A DNA stretch of 64,000 nt from Nitrospirales bacterium (GTDB taxonomy: Bacteria; Nitrospirota; Nitrospiria; Nitrospirales; UBA8639): NCBI GenBank assembly GCA_965203295.1, contig CBDBCZ010000019.1, forward strand, positions 1,280,001-1,344,000. Reading direction: 5' to 3'. This document shows positions 18,919-29,801 of this stretch, in pieces; the first letter of the stretch is position 1, and every line of letters starts with the position of its first letter. The position numbers and the translations under genes are program-made. The notes under the pieces are model-generated. The model searched no databases. It worked only from the letters and a program-made list of their open reading frames with translations, and was not told where the DNA came from.

Positions 18919-19770
18919 CTAAATCCAACGGGGATGTTGGGACTCTGCCCCTTCTTCCTTCTTGCTGGAAATCTCAAGAAGGTCGCTTATTTTTCTACCA
19001 ATATCGTCCGACCGAATCAAGGATTCTCCCACGAGTATAGCGTTGACTCCGGCTTCCATGATTTGTTGCACATCGTCTCGCTTATGAATGCCGCTTTCAC
19101 TCACAATTAACTTATCTGAAGGAATTCGTTTGGCCAAGCGTTGCGTGATTCCCAGGTCAGTTGAGAAGGTTCTGAGATCACGGTTGTTAATTCCGATGAG
19201 TTTGGCATTTGGCAGTCGCTCTAAGACGGTATCCACTTCTCGCTCGTCGTGTGTTTCAATTAAAGCAGCAAGGTTCATCTCTTGGGCAATCGCAAAGAAA
19301 TCTTCGAGTTGAATGCGATCCAAGGCGGCGACGATGAGCAGAATACAGTCGGCACCGTAGGCACGAGCTTCGTAAAATTGAATATCCTCAACCATAAATT
19401 CTTTATTCAGAGCCGGCAGACCCACTTGGTCTTTGACTTCAAGGAGGTACTCGAGGGCACCTTGAAAAAAATCTTGATCCGTTAACACAGATACGGCAGC
19501 AGCCCCGTGCTGTCTATAGGTCTTCGCGATATTCACAGGTTCGAAACGATCGACAAATTCCAGGCGCATGAGCCCTTGGCTAGGCGATGCCTTTTTGACT
19601 TCTGCGATGAGGGCAGGGGAATTGGGTGTCTGGCCGGATTCTAGGGCCTTGATAAAGTCCAGTGGAAGGGTACGATCTGCAATCCGACTTTTGAGATCGA
19701 TTAAATACCCACGACTTTCCTTCCGTCGTAGCTCAGCCTTTTTGTGTTCGAGAATTCGGTCGAGAATCAT
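18919..19770 (-). CDS. trpC: Indole-3-glycerol phosphate synthase
   Basis: IAEVKKASPS, SVLTD, GINNRDL, SESGI, LVGESL. Confidence 0.96.
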   Translation of the reverse strand: MILDRILEHKKAELRRKESRGYLIDLKSRIADRTLPLDFIKALESGQTPNSPALIAEVKKASPSQGLMRLEFVDRFEPVNIAKTYRQHGAAAVSVLTDQDFFQGALEYLLEVKDQVGLPALNKEFMVEDIQFYEARAYGADCILLIVAALDRIQLEDFFAIAQEMNLAALIETHDEREVDTVLERLPNAKLIGINNRDLRTFSTDLGITQRLAKRIPSDKLIVSESGIHKRDDVQQIMEAGVNAILVGESLIRSDDIGRKISDLLEISSKKEEGAESQHPRWI

Positions 19771-19777
19771 CTTCCGA

Positions 19778-20797
19778 TCATGAAAAGGTTTGGTTCGTGA
19801 AAGCAATCAGTTTCTCAAGTTTTTCGTAGGCCGCTCCACTTTCGACGATTTGGTCTGCTTCTTTCAATCCCTCCCTGAGGGTCTTGGCCTTTCCACAGGC
19901 CACAAGGGCAGGGGCAGCGTTCATCAAGACGATATTGCGTTTGGGACCCTTGTGCCCTTGCAAAATGTCCCGGATAAGAGAAGCGTTGTCTTTTGGTGTT
20001 CCACCCAGAAGGTCGCGAGAATTAGCTCGTGAAAGTCCGAAATCATGTGGATCGATATCGTAACTGGTTACCCGTCCTGCTTTACCCTCTGATATATGGG
20101 TGCGGTCGGTCAACGTGATTTCATCAAGGCCATCTTGGCCATGCAGAACAAAGCAGTGCTGCGTGCCTAGACGCACCAGGACCTGAGCCAATTTTTCCGT
20201 CAGGGCGCGGTCATAGACTCCAAGGACTTGAATGGTGGCACTCGCCGGATTGGAAAGCGGCCCTAAAATATTCATCAAGGTTCGAATACCCATGTCGGCG
20301 CGAGGTCTAGCGCAATGTTTCATCGCACCATGATAAAGGGGGGCAAACAGAAACCCGATGCCCACTTCATTAATGCAGTCAGCAACACGGTCTGGAGGTA
20401 GGTCAAGGTTGACCCCCAGAGCGGCCAATACGTCGGCACTTCCTGATTGTGAGGAAACTGAACGGTTGCCATGTTTCGCAACAGTCAGTCCCCCACCAGC
20501 CACAACAAAAGCCGTCGCTGTGGAAATATTAAAGGTATTCGCTCCGTCACCACCGGTTCCGCATGTATCGACAACCATTGGATCATTCACTAGGATTCGT
20601 TGAGCCATATTCCGCATGGCTCTGACTGCGCCCGTAATCTCTTCCACGGTCTCGCCTTTCATGCGTAGCCCCATTAAATAGGCCGCAATCTGACTTTCGG
20701 ACGCTTGGCCCTGCATAATGGAGAGCATAGCTTCCTCAGCCTCATTTTCTGAAAGGTTTATGCCCTCGGCGAGTTTGGAAATGACATCTTTCATCAC
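19778..20797 (-). CDS. trpD: Anthranilate phosphoribosyltransferase
   Basis: DTCGTGGDG, FNIST, KHGNRSVSS, GLDE. Confidence 0.97.
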   Translation of the reverse strand: MMKDVISKLAEGINLSENEAEEAMLSIMQGQASESQIAAYLMGLRMKGETVEEITGAVRAMRNMAQRILVNDPMVVDTCGTGGDGANTFNISTATAFVVAGGGLTVAKHGNRSVSSQSGSADVLAALGVNLDLPPDRVADCINEVGIGFLFAPLYHGAMKHCARPRADMGIRTLMNILGPLSNPASATIQVLGVYDRALTEKLAQVLVRLGTQHCFVLHGQDGLDEITLTDRTHISEGKAGRVTSYDIDPHDFGLSRANSRDLLGGTPKDNASLIRDILQGHKGPKRNIVLMNAAPALVACGKAKTLREGLKEADQIVESGAAYEKLEKLIAFTNQTFS

Positions 20798-20862
20798 AGT
20801 TGATTACGGAAAAGGGACGGAGTCAATAAGGTCGCAAGTCGTCGATCCTAGTGAGAGTTTTT

Positions 20863-21453
20863 CTACGCGACGATAGATAGAGGTCTTTGCTGATATTGTA
20901 AAAAATTTCGTAAAAGGTCCTTCCCGACTTTAGTCAGAATGGATTCTGGATGAAACTGTACTCCTTCTGCGCCAGTGGGACGATGGCGAAGGCCCATGAT
21001 TTCACCCTCTGTTGTTTCCGCAGAAATTTCAAAACTGTTTGGAAGAGTGTTTTTATTCACAATCAGCGAATTATACCTGGTGGCTTCAAAAGGATTAGGA
21101 AGGCCTTCAAAAATTGTTTTTCCATCATGGTGAATCATGGATGTTTTGCCATGCATGAGGTGGTCAGCTCTGATAATTTCAGCTCCGAATGCAAAAGCCA
21201 GTGATTGGTGTCCAAGACAGACGCCTAACACCGGGATGATACCTGCACAATGGCGAACGGCTTCCACTGAGATGCCAGCTTCTTTTGGAGTACAAGGGCC
21301 AGGGGAAATTAATAAATGTTGTGGCTTTAATCCCTCGATGTCGGACGTGGAAATTTTGTCGTTTCGATACACCTGGAGGTCAGCCCCCAATTCCCCCAAG
21401 TACTGAACCAGGTTGTATGTAAAGGAATCGTAGTTATCGATCACAAGTAGCAT
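20863..21453 (-). CDS. trpG: Anthranilate synthase component II (glutamine amidotransferase)
   Basis: IDNYDSFTYNL, SPGP, GVCLGHQ, QFHPES. Confidence 0.94.
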   Translation of the reverse strand: MLLVIDNYDSFTYNLVQYLGELGADLQVYRNDKISTSDIEGLKPQHLLISPGPCTPKEAGISVEAVRHCAGIIPVLGVCLGHQSLAFAFGAEIIRADHLMHGKTSMIHHDGKTIFEGLPNPFEATRYNSLIVNKNTLPNSFEISAETTEGEIMGLRHRPTGAEGVQFHPESILTKVGKDLLRNFLQYQQRPLSIVA

Positions 21454-21465
21454 GGTGTTTCTCTC

Positions 21466-21513
21466 TAGACTCCAGTCTTTAGTCTGAGTCTCTAGTCTCC
21501 CGACTCAAGACTT
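21466..21513. repeat. Degenerate heptamer tandem repeat in the trpE-trpG spacer
   Basis: TAGACTC CAGTCTT TAGTCTG AGTCTC TAGTCTC CCGACTC AAGACTT. Confidence 0.6.
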
Positions 21514-21515
21514 TC

Positions 21516-23012
21516 TTAATCTAATCCCTTTTCAGCCATTTCAATGCTACGCATCATCGCACCCGCTTTGTTGCAAGTTTCTTCATACTCTCGTGTCGGA
21601 TGAGAATCAGCGACAATACCCGAGCCAGCCTGGATGTAGGCGTCTTGACCTTTTATGACAATGGTTCTGATGTTGATGCATGTATCCATATTTCCTGAAA
21701 AACTGAAATAACCGACTGCCCCAGCGTAAGGGCCACGTTGGGTAGGCTCCAGTTCTTCTATGATCTGCATGGCACGAACTTTAGGAGCACCGGACACAGT
21801 ACCGGTAGGGAAACAGGCCTTCATGACATCATAGGAAGAATACTGGGGTTCGAGTTCTCCTGTTACTTGAGAAACAATATGCATGACATGAGAGTACCGT
21901 TCGACTTTCATGAAGGGGTTCAGAACCACCGACCCATATTTAGCCACTCGACCGACATCATTACGACCTAAGTCGACGAGCATGATATGCTCAGCCAATT
22001 CTTTTTCGTCGGCAATGAGTTCCTGCTCTAAAGCATGATCCTGTACTTCGGTGACACCACGAGGTCGTGTTCCTGCAATGGGACGAACCATAATGTTGCT
22101 ATGCTCACACCGTACTAACATTTCCGGGGAGGAACCGACTAATTCCACCCCCCCAACGCGGAGATAGTACATGTAGGGAGAAGGATTAATGACACGTAAT
22201 GCACGATAGATTTCAATGGGTGATGTGCGAATTCGTGTATGCCATCGCTGAGAGATAACCCCTTGAATAATATCTCCAGCCTGAATGTATTCCTTGGTCC
22301 GCATGACCATTTTTTCAAAATCGGCTTGATTCACATTTGAAGTGAACCGAGAAGGGTGAGAGGAAGATTGGAGTTTGGGCCGTGGACGAGTTTTTCTGAG
22401 CCGTGTGATCATTTTCTCAATGCGTTGCGTTGCGTCCGTATAGACTTCTCGAAGGGCTGATTTCCTCGTACTCATAATATAGGCATTCGCGACGACTTTC
22501 ATGGTATGAGCGATATTATCGAAGATGAGCAGGGTGTCGGTCAGAAGGAAGGCAAACATGGGAAGATTGGTGCTTGACTTAGATCGGGGACGAATGGGTT
22601 CAAAATGCCGTACGAGGTCGTATCCTAGGTAACCCACTGCACCGCCAACAAAAGGTGGCAGGCCGTCGACGTCGACTGGATGATACGATGCCATGAGGTC
22701 GCGAATGTGATCTAGGGGATTATCCGATAAGGGAAGGCAAATTCTCTTTCTCCCTTGTCTCTTTTGGACCTGACCGTTTTCCTCCCAAATGCTCATCGTG
22801 GCTTCGCTACCTAAAAAGGAATATCGAGCCCAACGTTCGCCACCTTCGATGCTTTCAAACAAGAAAGCTGTCGGGCCTGTGTTAATTTTGCAAAATGCCG
22901 AGACAGGAGTCTCTAAATCAGCCAATATCTCGCGGTAAATAGGTACTAAATTTCCATGGATCGACAGGGAGCAAAAATCGTCAAAACCTACTGAATAACA
23001 AGACTTTTTCAT
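21516..23012 (-). CDS. trpE: Anthranilate synthase component I
   Basis: NPSPYMY, GSSPE, PIAGTRPRG, EHIMLVDLGRND, SGAPKVRAM. Confidence 0.96.
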   Translation of the reverse strand: MKKSCYSVGFDDFCSLSIHGNLVPIYREILADLETPVSAFCKINTGPTAFLFESIEGGERWARYSFLGSEATMSIWEENGQVQKRQGRKRICLPLSDNPLDHIRDLMASYHPVDVDGLPPFVGGAVGYLGYDLVRHFEPIRPRSKSSTNLPMFAFLLTDTLLIFDNIAHTMKVVANAYIMSTRKSALREVYTDATQRIEKMITRLRKTRPRPKLQSSSHPSRFTSNVNQADFEKMVMRTKEYIQAGDIIQGVISQRWHTRIRTSPIEIYRALRVINPSPYMYYLRVGGVELVGSSPEMLVRCEHSNIMVRPIAGTRPRGVTEVQDHALEQELIADEKELAEHIMLVDLGRNDVGRVAKYGSVVLNPFMKVERYSHVMHIVSQVTGELEPQYSSYDVMKACFPTGTVSGAPKVRAMQIIEELEPTQRGPYAGAVGYFSFSGNMDTCINIRTIVIKGQDAYIQAGSGIVADSHPTREYEETCNKAGAMMRSIEMAEKGLD

Positions 23013-23167
23013 AGTTTGGACGGTACCACAGGGCAATTTGGCAAGTCAACGAAGCAAGGGGGAGGTGCGTAGGGGGAACAGGGGCGGACATTAATATCCG
23101 CCATGCCTGCGATCAGAACAATCTCTAAAAGAACGGAGAGGGCCCCCGGAAAGGAAATACTCAGTAC

Positions 23168-23203
23168 CAACTTCTTTCAGAAAGGGAAATGTGAAAGAAG
23201 TTG
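23168..23203. terminator. 12-bp stem hairpin just downstream of the LysM gene (terminator-like)
   Basis: CAACTTCTTTCA-N12-TGAAAGAAGTTG perfect inverted repeat; no strong U-tract. Confidence 0.45.
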
Positions 23204-23208
23204 TCTCT

Positions 23209-23907
23209 TTATGGGTTACTGACGATAAGGCGCTGATCAACTGAAATCAAGTTGCTGTCCAGATTGTTCCATAGTTTGAGGTTACTGACGGAAACACCAT
23301 ATTCGCGAGAAATCCTAAAAAGTGTATCACCTTTGACCACTGTGTAATAGATCGGGTAACCCGATGAAAAGGTTGGTTCAGGCTTAGTTGAACGGGTAAA
23401 GACAGAGGTGAAGTCAGATTCATCTGAAAGCGTTGACTCGGGTTCATCTGACAGGCTTAACTCGGGTTCCTGATCAGTGCTACCGAATCCCATATCGCTT
23501 AATCCAAACTCTTCAAACGAGGGATCTGATAATGTGAGATCCTCTGGTTCTCCGGCAGTGGAGGAAACTTTGCGCTCACTCACTGTGAGACGTTCTTCCT
23601 GGGCCCTTGAGATCTGATCTTGAAGGCTTTGGATATTGTTTGTCAGATCCTGGTTTTGAGATTCCAAGCTTGCGACTTTTTGTTGCGTCTCCTGGACTTG
23701 TAAATTTAATTCTCCTGTCCGTTTTTCTTCCTGTGCGAGGAGACGTTGAAAATTCAATGCCCTGGCTTTTTCAGCCTCATATTTCCCGGTACTGACGCAA
23801 CCTGTCATGAGGCCGCTGCATAAGCCTATAATCAAAACCGCATGCCAAGGTTTTGGTCGTCCTAACACGTTCACGTTTTCCGATACACAGGGGAATCTTT
23901 TGTCCAT
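23209..23907 (-). CDS. Lipoprotein with coiled coil, acidic linker and C-terminal LysM domain
   Basis: Lipobox-like LMTGC; YTVVKGDTLFRISREYGVSVSNLKLWN..I..DQRL LysM; GGAGG RBS. Confidence 0.85.
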   Translation of the reverse strand: MDKRFPCVSENVNVLGRPKPWHAVLIIGLCSGLMTGCVSTGKYEAEKARALNFQRLLAQEEKRTGELNLQVQETQQKVASLESQNQDLTNNIQSLQDQISRAQEERLTVSERKVSSTAGEPEDLTLSDPSFEEFGLSDMGFGSTDQEPELSLSDEPESTLSDESDFTSVFTRSTKPEPTFSSGYPIYYTVVKGDTLFRISREYGVSVSNLKLWNNLDSNLISVDQRLIVSNP

Positions 23908-24142
23908 CGTCAGACAACCTCCAACATAATTGATGGCAGAATATGGGTAAGAATTTGGTTTGGCTTCCTTATCGATAAGCTGGTAGGTAATGATGTATTT
24001 ACACAATAGAGCGGGTGTAAAAGAATGTCAAACACTGGACATCTGCAATGGTTCTTTTTCGAGGGTAAACGGGTTTGATCCTTGAGAAGTGCTATGATAG
24101 ATTTTGGCAATACTGATACAGTCTAACATTTTTGACAGGCGA

Positions 24143-25093
24143 ATGATGAAAAGAGAATCTGAAAGCCCACGAACGGTGACAGTGGAGGGATTTCGGCTTC
24201 GTCTAGCCCAACCGACTCAGTCTCATCACGAGTGGATTGGAGACCGTGAGATTCTTCAGCAATTACTGGCATGCTGGCTCGTCATTGACGAGAACGATCT
24301 CCCCCTCTGCCCTAAAATAATTGGCACTCCGGGAATCGGTAAGACCACATTGGCCATGTCGGCTACCCGGGAGCGTAAACAACCTCTTTTTATCTACTAA
24401 TGTACCGCTGATACCAGACCCGAGGATCTTTTAGTGACCCCTGTCATTGGCGAACAGGGCACGATTTCTTATTGTGCCTCTCCTCTTGTGACCGCCATGT
24501 TGGTTGGAGGAGTGTGTCTTTTGGATGAAGGCAATCGGATGTAATGAAAAAAGTTGGGCTTCCCTTGCTCCCCTTTTGGATCATCGCCGATATGTGGAGT
24601 CTGTGATCGCTGGTATTCAAGTCCAAGCTCATCATGATTTTCGGTGCTGCATGACGATGAATGAAGATGCTTCCACCTATGAAGTCCCTGATTATATTCT
24701 TTCACGCCTTCAACCGACTCTAAAGTTAGAGTTTCCCAGTCGAGACCATGAATTGGCCATCCTGCAGTATCATCTTGCGTTTTCTCCAGAAGATGTTCTT
24801 ATCATGACCGTTGATTTTTACAGAAAGCTCATCAGTTGGATTTAGGTTTCTCTGTACGGGATGGGATTCATGTGGTGCAGTATGCGCTCAAGCGTCTTGC
24901 CCAGGATCCTTCCCACCCTATTTCCCGAGACCATTCCTGGCGAGAAGCTCTGATTAAAGTGCTCGGGGAAGAAGTGTTGGACCTTGAGGGCTTATCTCGG
25001 TAGAGAAATAGAGCTATGGGAAGAGAGGGCCTTCCTAAAGGGTTAGGGGATTTCTTTTTTGAAGAAGATAACCCTCTTCATCCAGATCAATGA
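24143..25093 (+). pseudogene. MoxR/CbbQ/NirQ-like AAA+ ATPase, disrupted
   Basis: Walker A GTPGIGKT, Walker B LLDEGNR, TMNED, SRL; in-frame TAA 24398-24400, frameshifts about 24542 and 24818, TAG about 25001. Confidence 0.85.
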
Positions 25094-25177
25094 TCTCTTT
25101 GTCTTCGGTTCGTATTTAAAGAACGTACCCGTAACTGGAGTAAGAGATATCATTCTCACCGAATTGACGGCTGTTCT

Positions 25178-27073
25178 ATGAGTGCCCAATCAACTGCGAC
25201 AGAAGAAGTCTTTCGACTTTCGGCAAAGATTCAATTAGTTCCGATTCGGCATGGAAGCGGGGATATGGCCCAAGAGGTCCGAGAAATGCTTCTGATCCAT
25301 CGTGTCGATTGCTTGGCTGTGCCTTTACCTCCTTCTGTAGAACAGCTCGTTGAGGAAGGGATTGCCCAACTTCCACAAATCAGTCTAGTCGCCATTCCTG
25401 AACCGGCTCAAGGTGACACCTCGGTCTATAGCTATTTATCCATCGATCCTTGTCAGCCGGTCATCATGGCCATTCGTGTGGCCATGGGGGAAAGCGTTCA
25501 TCGTGCATACATCGATCGAGAGGTCGCGGTGTTCGAACCAAAACCGTTCCCAGGTCCTGATCCATATTCCCTGAAACATGTTTCCTTAGCTGCCTTCGCT
25601 TCAGCCTTGCTGCCCTTCATGCCTTACCCCAATTCCTGATGGTGGGCGTTGGTGTCGAATAAAATGGATGGCTTTTAAACTACGAGAATTAGAGGTCGAA
25701 TATGGCTCCATTCTGTGTCTCTGTCCCATAGAAGATTGGGCTTGGATTCGAGATACCTATCGTGAGCAGCCTCAGTATGTTCCTCCAGAGCCACTGAGCC
25801 GACATCCTTCTCTTCATCGGGTAGATCCCCCTACATTATATTTTGCCCTTTGTGAGCTACCCTTCATCACAGAATTGTACGAAAGACGACGTTCTGAAGC
25901 TCGTTCAGACCTTCATCTCTCAGTTGATGGGATAAAAGAACTTCTCCTTGAAGCTCGAAGACTGTGGATAGGCACCCGTCAGCCTGAGATTGAGCAGGAA
26001 AGTAATTGAGTGACCCCACAATTACTGCAAATGTATTTGCAGTATGTTCGGAACTTGGCTCTTTTGGAACATCGTCTCACTCCTGACCTCTATACCTTGG
26101 TCCTGGCTGCCAAACAACTAGCAGGTGATGACTTTGCGGTGACGTTGTTAGAGACCGCGAAGGGTTATATCTTCCAAGACAATTGGACGGCCTTTGAAAC
26201 GTCTGACACGGTAGCAATGGGAATGGGGCAATTGGATTTTGGGGGTGATGAAGTAGCCATAGGGAAGAATCGATTAGAGGGAATTCCTCTCGAATGGCGG
26301 TCCTTATCGCTTCGGCCTGTCCCTCCAAAGATCAAAAAACGACAGTGGGCTTTTCAATGGAATCCCTTTGGGCAGTGTTCATGGCCGTCAGAGGATCAAC
26401 GCATCGAAGGATTCACCTCTCACGTTCGTGAGCAAGCGAAACATGCCTTGGGAGCTGATTTGGCCAAAGTTGAAAATTCACCACCTCTATTCGTGATGGA
26501 ATCGATTTGCGGGAAACTCTTCGCCATTGGAAGGGACCGTCCATCAACCGCTCACCCGAGATTTATGTCAAAGATATCCCTCCCTGCCGAGGAAGTATTG
26601 AAGTGGTGGTTTTTTTATTTGAAGTTCCGGCGGATCCTCAAAAATTTACTTGGCAATCGACGTGGTACGCTGAACATGATCAAGAGTCCACTTTGTGTTT
26701 TTTTGCCACACCTTTTTTGGAGAATATAGTGGCACCCGGGATTGGAGAATCTCAATATGGTGGAACAATGTTTCTCTTCCCTCCGCGTCCTATCCCCAAC
26801 ATTTGGGACGATCCCAGATTAGACTTTGCTCGAACATTAGAAGAACGGCTCATTGCTGGCGCTGCCGCACATACTCAGGAGCGGCATTTCGTGTTGGTCT
26901 CGCCCATTCCACCATTTGCCAAATGGCGGCAGATTGCCAAGCGCTTTCATTGCAACTTTATTCCCATCCCCCTTTCTCGATTTTCAGGACAGACCGTTTC
27001 ACGATTGAGAATGTTTCATGTCCTCAATGGGCATGAAATTCGAAGTTATGCAGCGCAATTTATTCGAGGATAA
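25178..27073 (+). pseudogene. Large (about 630 aa) uncharacterised partner of the AAA+ ATPase, disrupted
   Basis: Four ORF pieces join into one protein via a frameshift at about 25635, in-frame TGA 26007-26009 and a frameshift at about 26477. Confidence 0.75.
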
Positions 27074-27087
27074 GATCACCTCTCTTT

Positions 27088-29145
27088 TTGTACGATCCTG
27101 TGGAAACGAACTCAGAACCATCATGGTCCTCATTGGAGGCTGTTCAACAACAGCTTGAAGAGTTAAAGGCTCAAATCCGTCGCCACGACCATTTGTATTA
27201 CATTCAGAGTCGTCCCACGATTTCTGATCATGAATATGATGCGCTTTTTGGACAGCTTAAGGACCTAGAAGCTCAATATCCACAACTCTTCACTCCCGAT
27301 TCTCCAACCCAAAGGGTCGGAGCTCCTCCGCTAGAACAGTTCACCAAAGTTCGACATGATCAGCCTATGCTCAGTCTTGATTCTGAGGTTGACGGTGAAG
27401 GGGTATTTGCCTTTGACAAACGACTTCGTAAAGAGTTGGGCATAGACGTCATTCAGTACACAGTGGAGCCGAAATTTGACGGTCTTTCCGTCGAGCTGGT
27501 GTATGAAAATGGAATATTTATCCGGGGTTCGACCAGAGGTGACGGAACGATAGGAGAGGATATTACCACAAATCTCAAAACCATTCGTTCCCTTCCATTG
27601 ACCCTGAATGGTGACCATAGCCCTGGAATTCGCGTCGTGGTTCGTGGTGAGGTCTATTTACGCCTTCCGGATTTTCAAGACCTCAATCGACGGCTGACTG
27701 AACAGGGAGAAGAGACATTTGCGAACCCTCGCAATGCTGCGGCTGGGGCCTTGAGACAATTGGATTCGAATATCACCGCTCGTCGGCCCCTGGTCATCAC
27801 CTGTTATGAATTGGTGGGATTTACCGAAGGACTTCCTGTGACCCATTGGGAGTCGGTCTCGATGTTAAGCGAATGGGGACTTCCGATTCCCGTTTATCGT
27901 CAGCGTTGCGAGAATATTGAAGAGGTTCTGGCATTTCACCAACATATGGTCGAGATTCGTGATCAACTTCCATTTGAGATCGATGGAATTGTGATTAAGG
28001 TTGATCGACGCGACTGGCAGCGGGTCATGGGGGAGAAGTCTCGCAGTCCGCGTTGGGCGGTTGCCTTGAAGTTTTCCCCACGAAAGGAAATCACGCAGGT
28101 TCAACAAATCGTGCTCTCTGTCGGGCGAACTGGAGCTCTGACGCCTATTGCCCTTCTTACGCCGGTAGAGGTCGGAGGTGTGACCATCAGCCGGGCTACC
28201 TTACATAACATTGAGGAGGTGTTTCGCAAAGATATCCGCGTTGGGGATACCGTTAAGGTGGAAAGGGCTGGAGATGTCATACCAGATATTGTGGAGCGGG
28301 TTCCCATTGAAGGCGAAAAGAGAACTGAGCCTTTTTCAGCACCAGATCATTGTCCAGTGTGCCAATCGGCGGTTATTCAGGAGGGGCCAATACGGCTCTG
28401 TACAGGTCAGGCGGTTTGTCCAGCTCAGCTCAAAGGGGCATTGGAACATTTTGCCTCTAAAGGAGCTCTGAATATTGAAAACTTAGGGAAAAAAACCGTA
28501 GGACAGTTGGTTGATCAAGGGCTGGTGAAAGATTTATCAGACATCTATACCCTGACCTCTGATCTCATCATGAGTTTAGAAGGCTTTGCTGATCGTTCCA
28601 CGACCTTGTTGTTAGAAGCCATAGAACAGAGTAAGCAGGCTCCACTCGAGCGATTTCTCTTTGGATTGGGAATCCGCCATGTGGGGATTCACGTCGCGAA
28701 ACTTTTGGCCCGTCATTTTGGATCGTTAGAAAGATTGATGAACGCAGACCGTCTCATGCTAGAAGAGATCCATGAGATTGGGCCGGAGACCGCGGTTGGT
28801 GTGGGATCGTTTTTCCAAGAGCCTCGAAATCAGGCTGTCTTGAGACGAATGCAAGATCTGGGAGTTAGAGTGGGAACAGTAGATCTTCCGCAGAGAGAGG
28901 AACGCCCGCTCTTGGAAAAGAAAAATTTTGTCTTTACTGGTGGGCTCGAACATATGTCACGAGAGGAAGCCAAAAAGAAGGTTGAGGCCTTGGGTGGCCG
29001 AGTCACTTCAAGTGTGAGTCAACGCACTGATTTCCTTGTGGTGGGGAATGAGCCCGGATCGAAACTGGAAGAGGCCAAGCGGTTGGGAGTAAAGGTGTTA
29101 GATGAAGAGCAATTTGATGACTTACTCTCAAAGGGAGGGGATTAG
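27088..29145 (+). CDS. ligA: NAD-dependent DNA ligase (start approximate)
   Basis: EPKFDG adenylation motif, TRGDG, FANPRNAAAG, Zn finger CPVC, HhH, BRCT. Confidence 0.97.
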   Translation: MYDPVETNSEPSWSSLEAVQQQLEELKAQIRRHDHLYYIQSRPTISDHEYDALFGQLKDLEAQYPQLFTPDSPTQRVGAPPLEQFTKVRHDQPMLSLDSEVDGEGVFAFDKRLRKELGIDVIQYTVEPKFDGLSVELVYENGIFIRGSTRGDGTIGEDITTNLKTIRSLPLTLNGDHSPGIRVVVRGEVYLRLPDFQDLNRRLTEQGEETFANPRNAAAGALRQLDSNITARRPLVITCYELVGFTEGLPVTHWESVSMLSEWGLPIPVYRQRCENIEEVLAFHQHMVEIRDQLPFEIDGIVIKVDRRDWQRVMGEKSRSPRWAVALKFSPRKEITQVQQIVLSVGRTGALTPIALLTPVEVGGVTISRATLHNIEEVFRKDIRVGDTVKVERAGDVIPDIVERVPIEGEKRTEPFSAPDHCPVCQSAVIQEGPIRLCTGQAVCPAQLKGALEHFASKGALNIENLGKKTVGQLVDQGLVKDLSDIYTLTSDLIMSLEGFADRSTTLLLEAIEQSKQAPLERFLFGLGIRHVGIHVAKLLARHFGSLERLMNADRLMLEEIHEIGPETAVGVGSFFQEPRNQAVLRRMQDLGVRVGTVDLPQREERPLLEKKNFVFTGGLEHMSREEAKKKVEALGGRVTSSVSQRTDFLVVGNEPGSKLEEAKRLGVKVLDEEQFDDLLSKGGD

Positions 29146-29195
29146 GAATATGTGATCATATGGTTCAAAACAAGAGGTGATGTCCTTTCCTTAGA

Positions 29196-29801
29196 TCAAT
29201 ATTTTCTGAGTGATTTTTGACGAAGACCATTTTCTGGTGGATTTCCTTCGTCGGTCTGCAGGAATGTTTTCAATTCCATAAAAGCCTGTAACATTTCTTT
29301 ATACGAATAATGAGCATTCCTTCCGCTAGGGTTGGGCAACAAGAATACACGTGCATCTACTAATTTCTGCGGCTGGAAACCGATGAGTCGTTTTTTCCTG
29401 CCTCCTTTAGTCTGGGAGCCTGAGACGTTATGTTCAGGAAATAACACGGAGTAGAGCGTCGTCCCTAACAAGGCCACGACTTGCGGAGCATAACGTCGAA
29501 TCTTGGCGAGGAGACGTCTTCGCCCCAGTTGGTAGTCCTTTGAAGTTAATCCATTGACACCAGCCGTCGGTCGTTCCACAATATTTGTGATGCCGAACCC
29601 CCATTCAGGAAGTCGCCAATCGTCATGATAGGTGAGGGGAGTCGGTACTAATCTGGTATCAGACAACAATTTCCAAAAGCGATTCGAATAACCCGCGAAA
29701 TGGTGTCTGACTAAGGCAGAACGGAGTCCTGGGTTGATCCCAACGAACAATATCTTGACACCGGGTTGAATGAAATCAGGTAGTTTGTGTTCCTTGGGCA
29801 T
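29196..29801 (-). CDS. mug: Mismatch-specific uracil/thymine DNA glycosylase (Mug/TDG family)
   Basis: FVGINPG, HHFA...NRFW, GITN, LPNPSGRNA. Confidence 0.92.
   Translation of the reverse strand: MPKEHKLPDFIQPGVKILFVGINPGLRSALVRHHFAGYSNRFWKLLSDTRLVPTPLTYHDDWRLPEWGFGITNIVERPTAGVNGLTSKDYQLGRRRLLAKIRRYAPQVVALLGTTLYSVLFPEHNVSGSQTKGGRKKRLIGFQPQKLVDARVFLLPNPSGRNAHYSYKEMLQAFMELKTFLQTDEGNPPENGLRQKSLRKY

Noticed and set aside
23420..23520. Short internal repeat in the LysM protein linker (EPELSLSD/EPESTLSD)
   Set aside because: Only two to three degenerate units in a low-complexity acidic linker; unremarkable.
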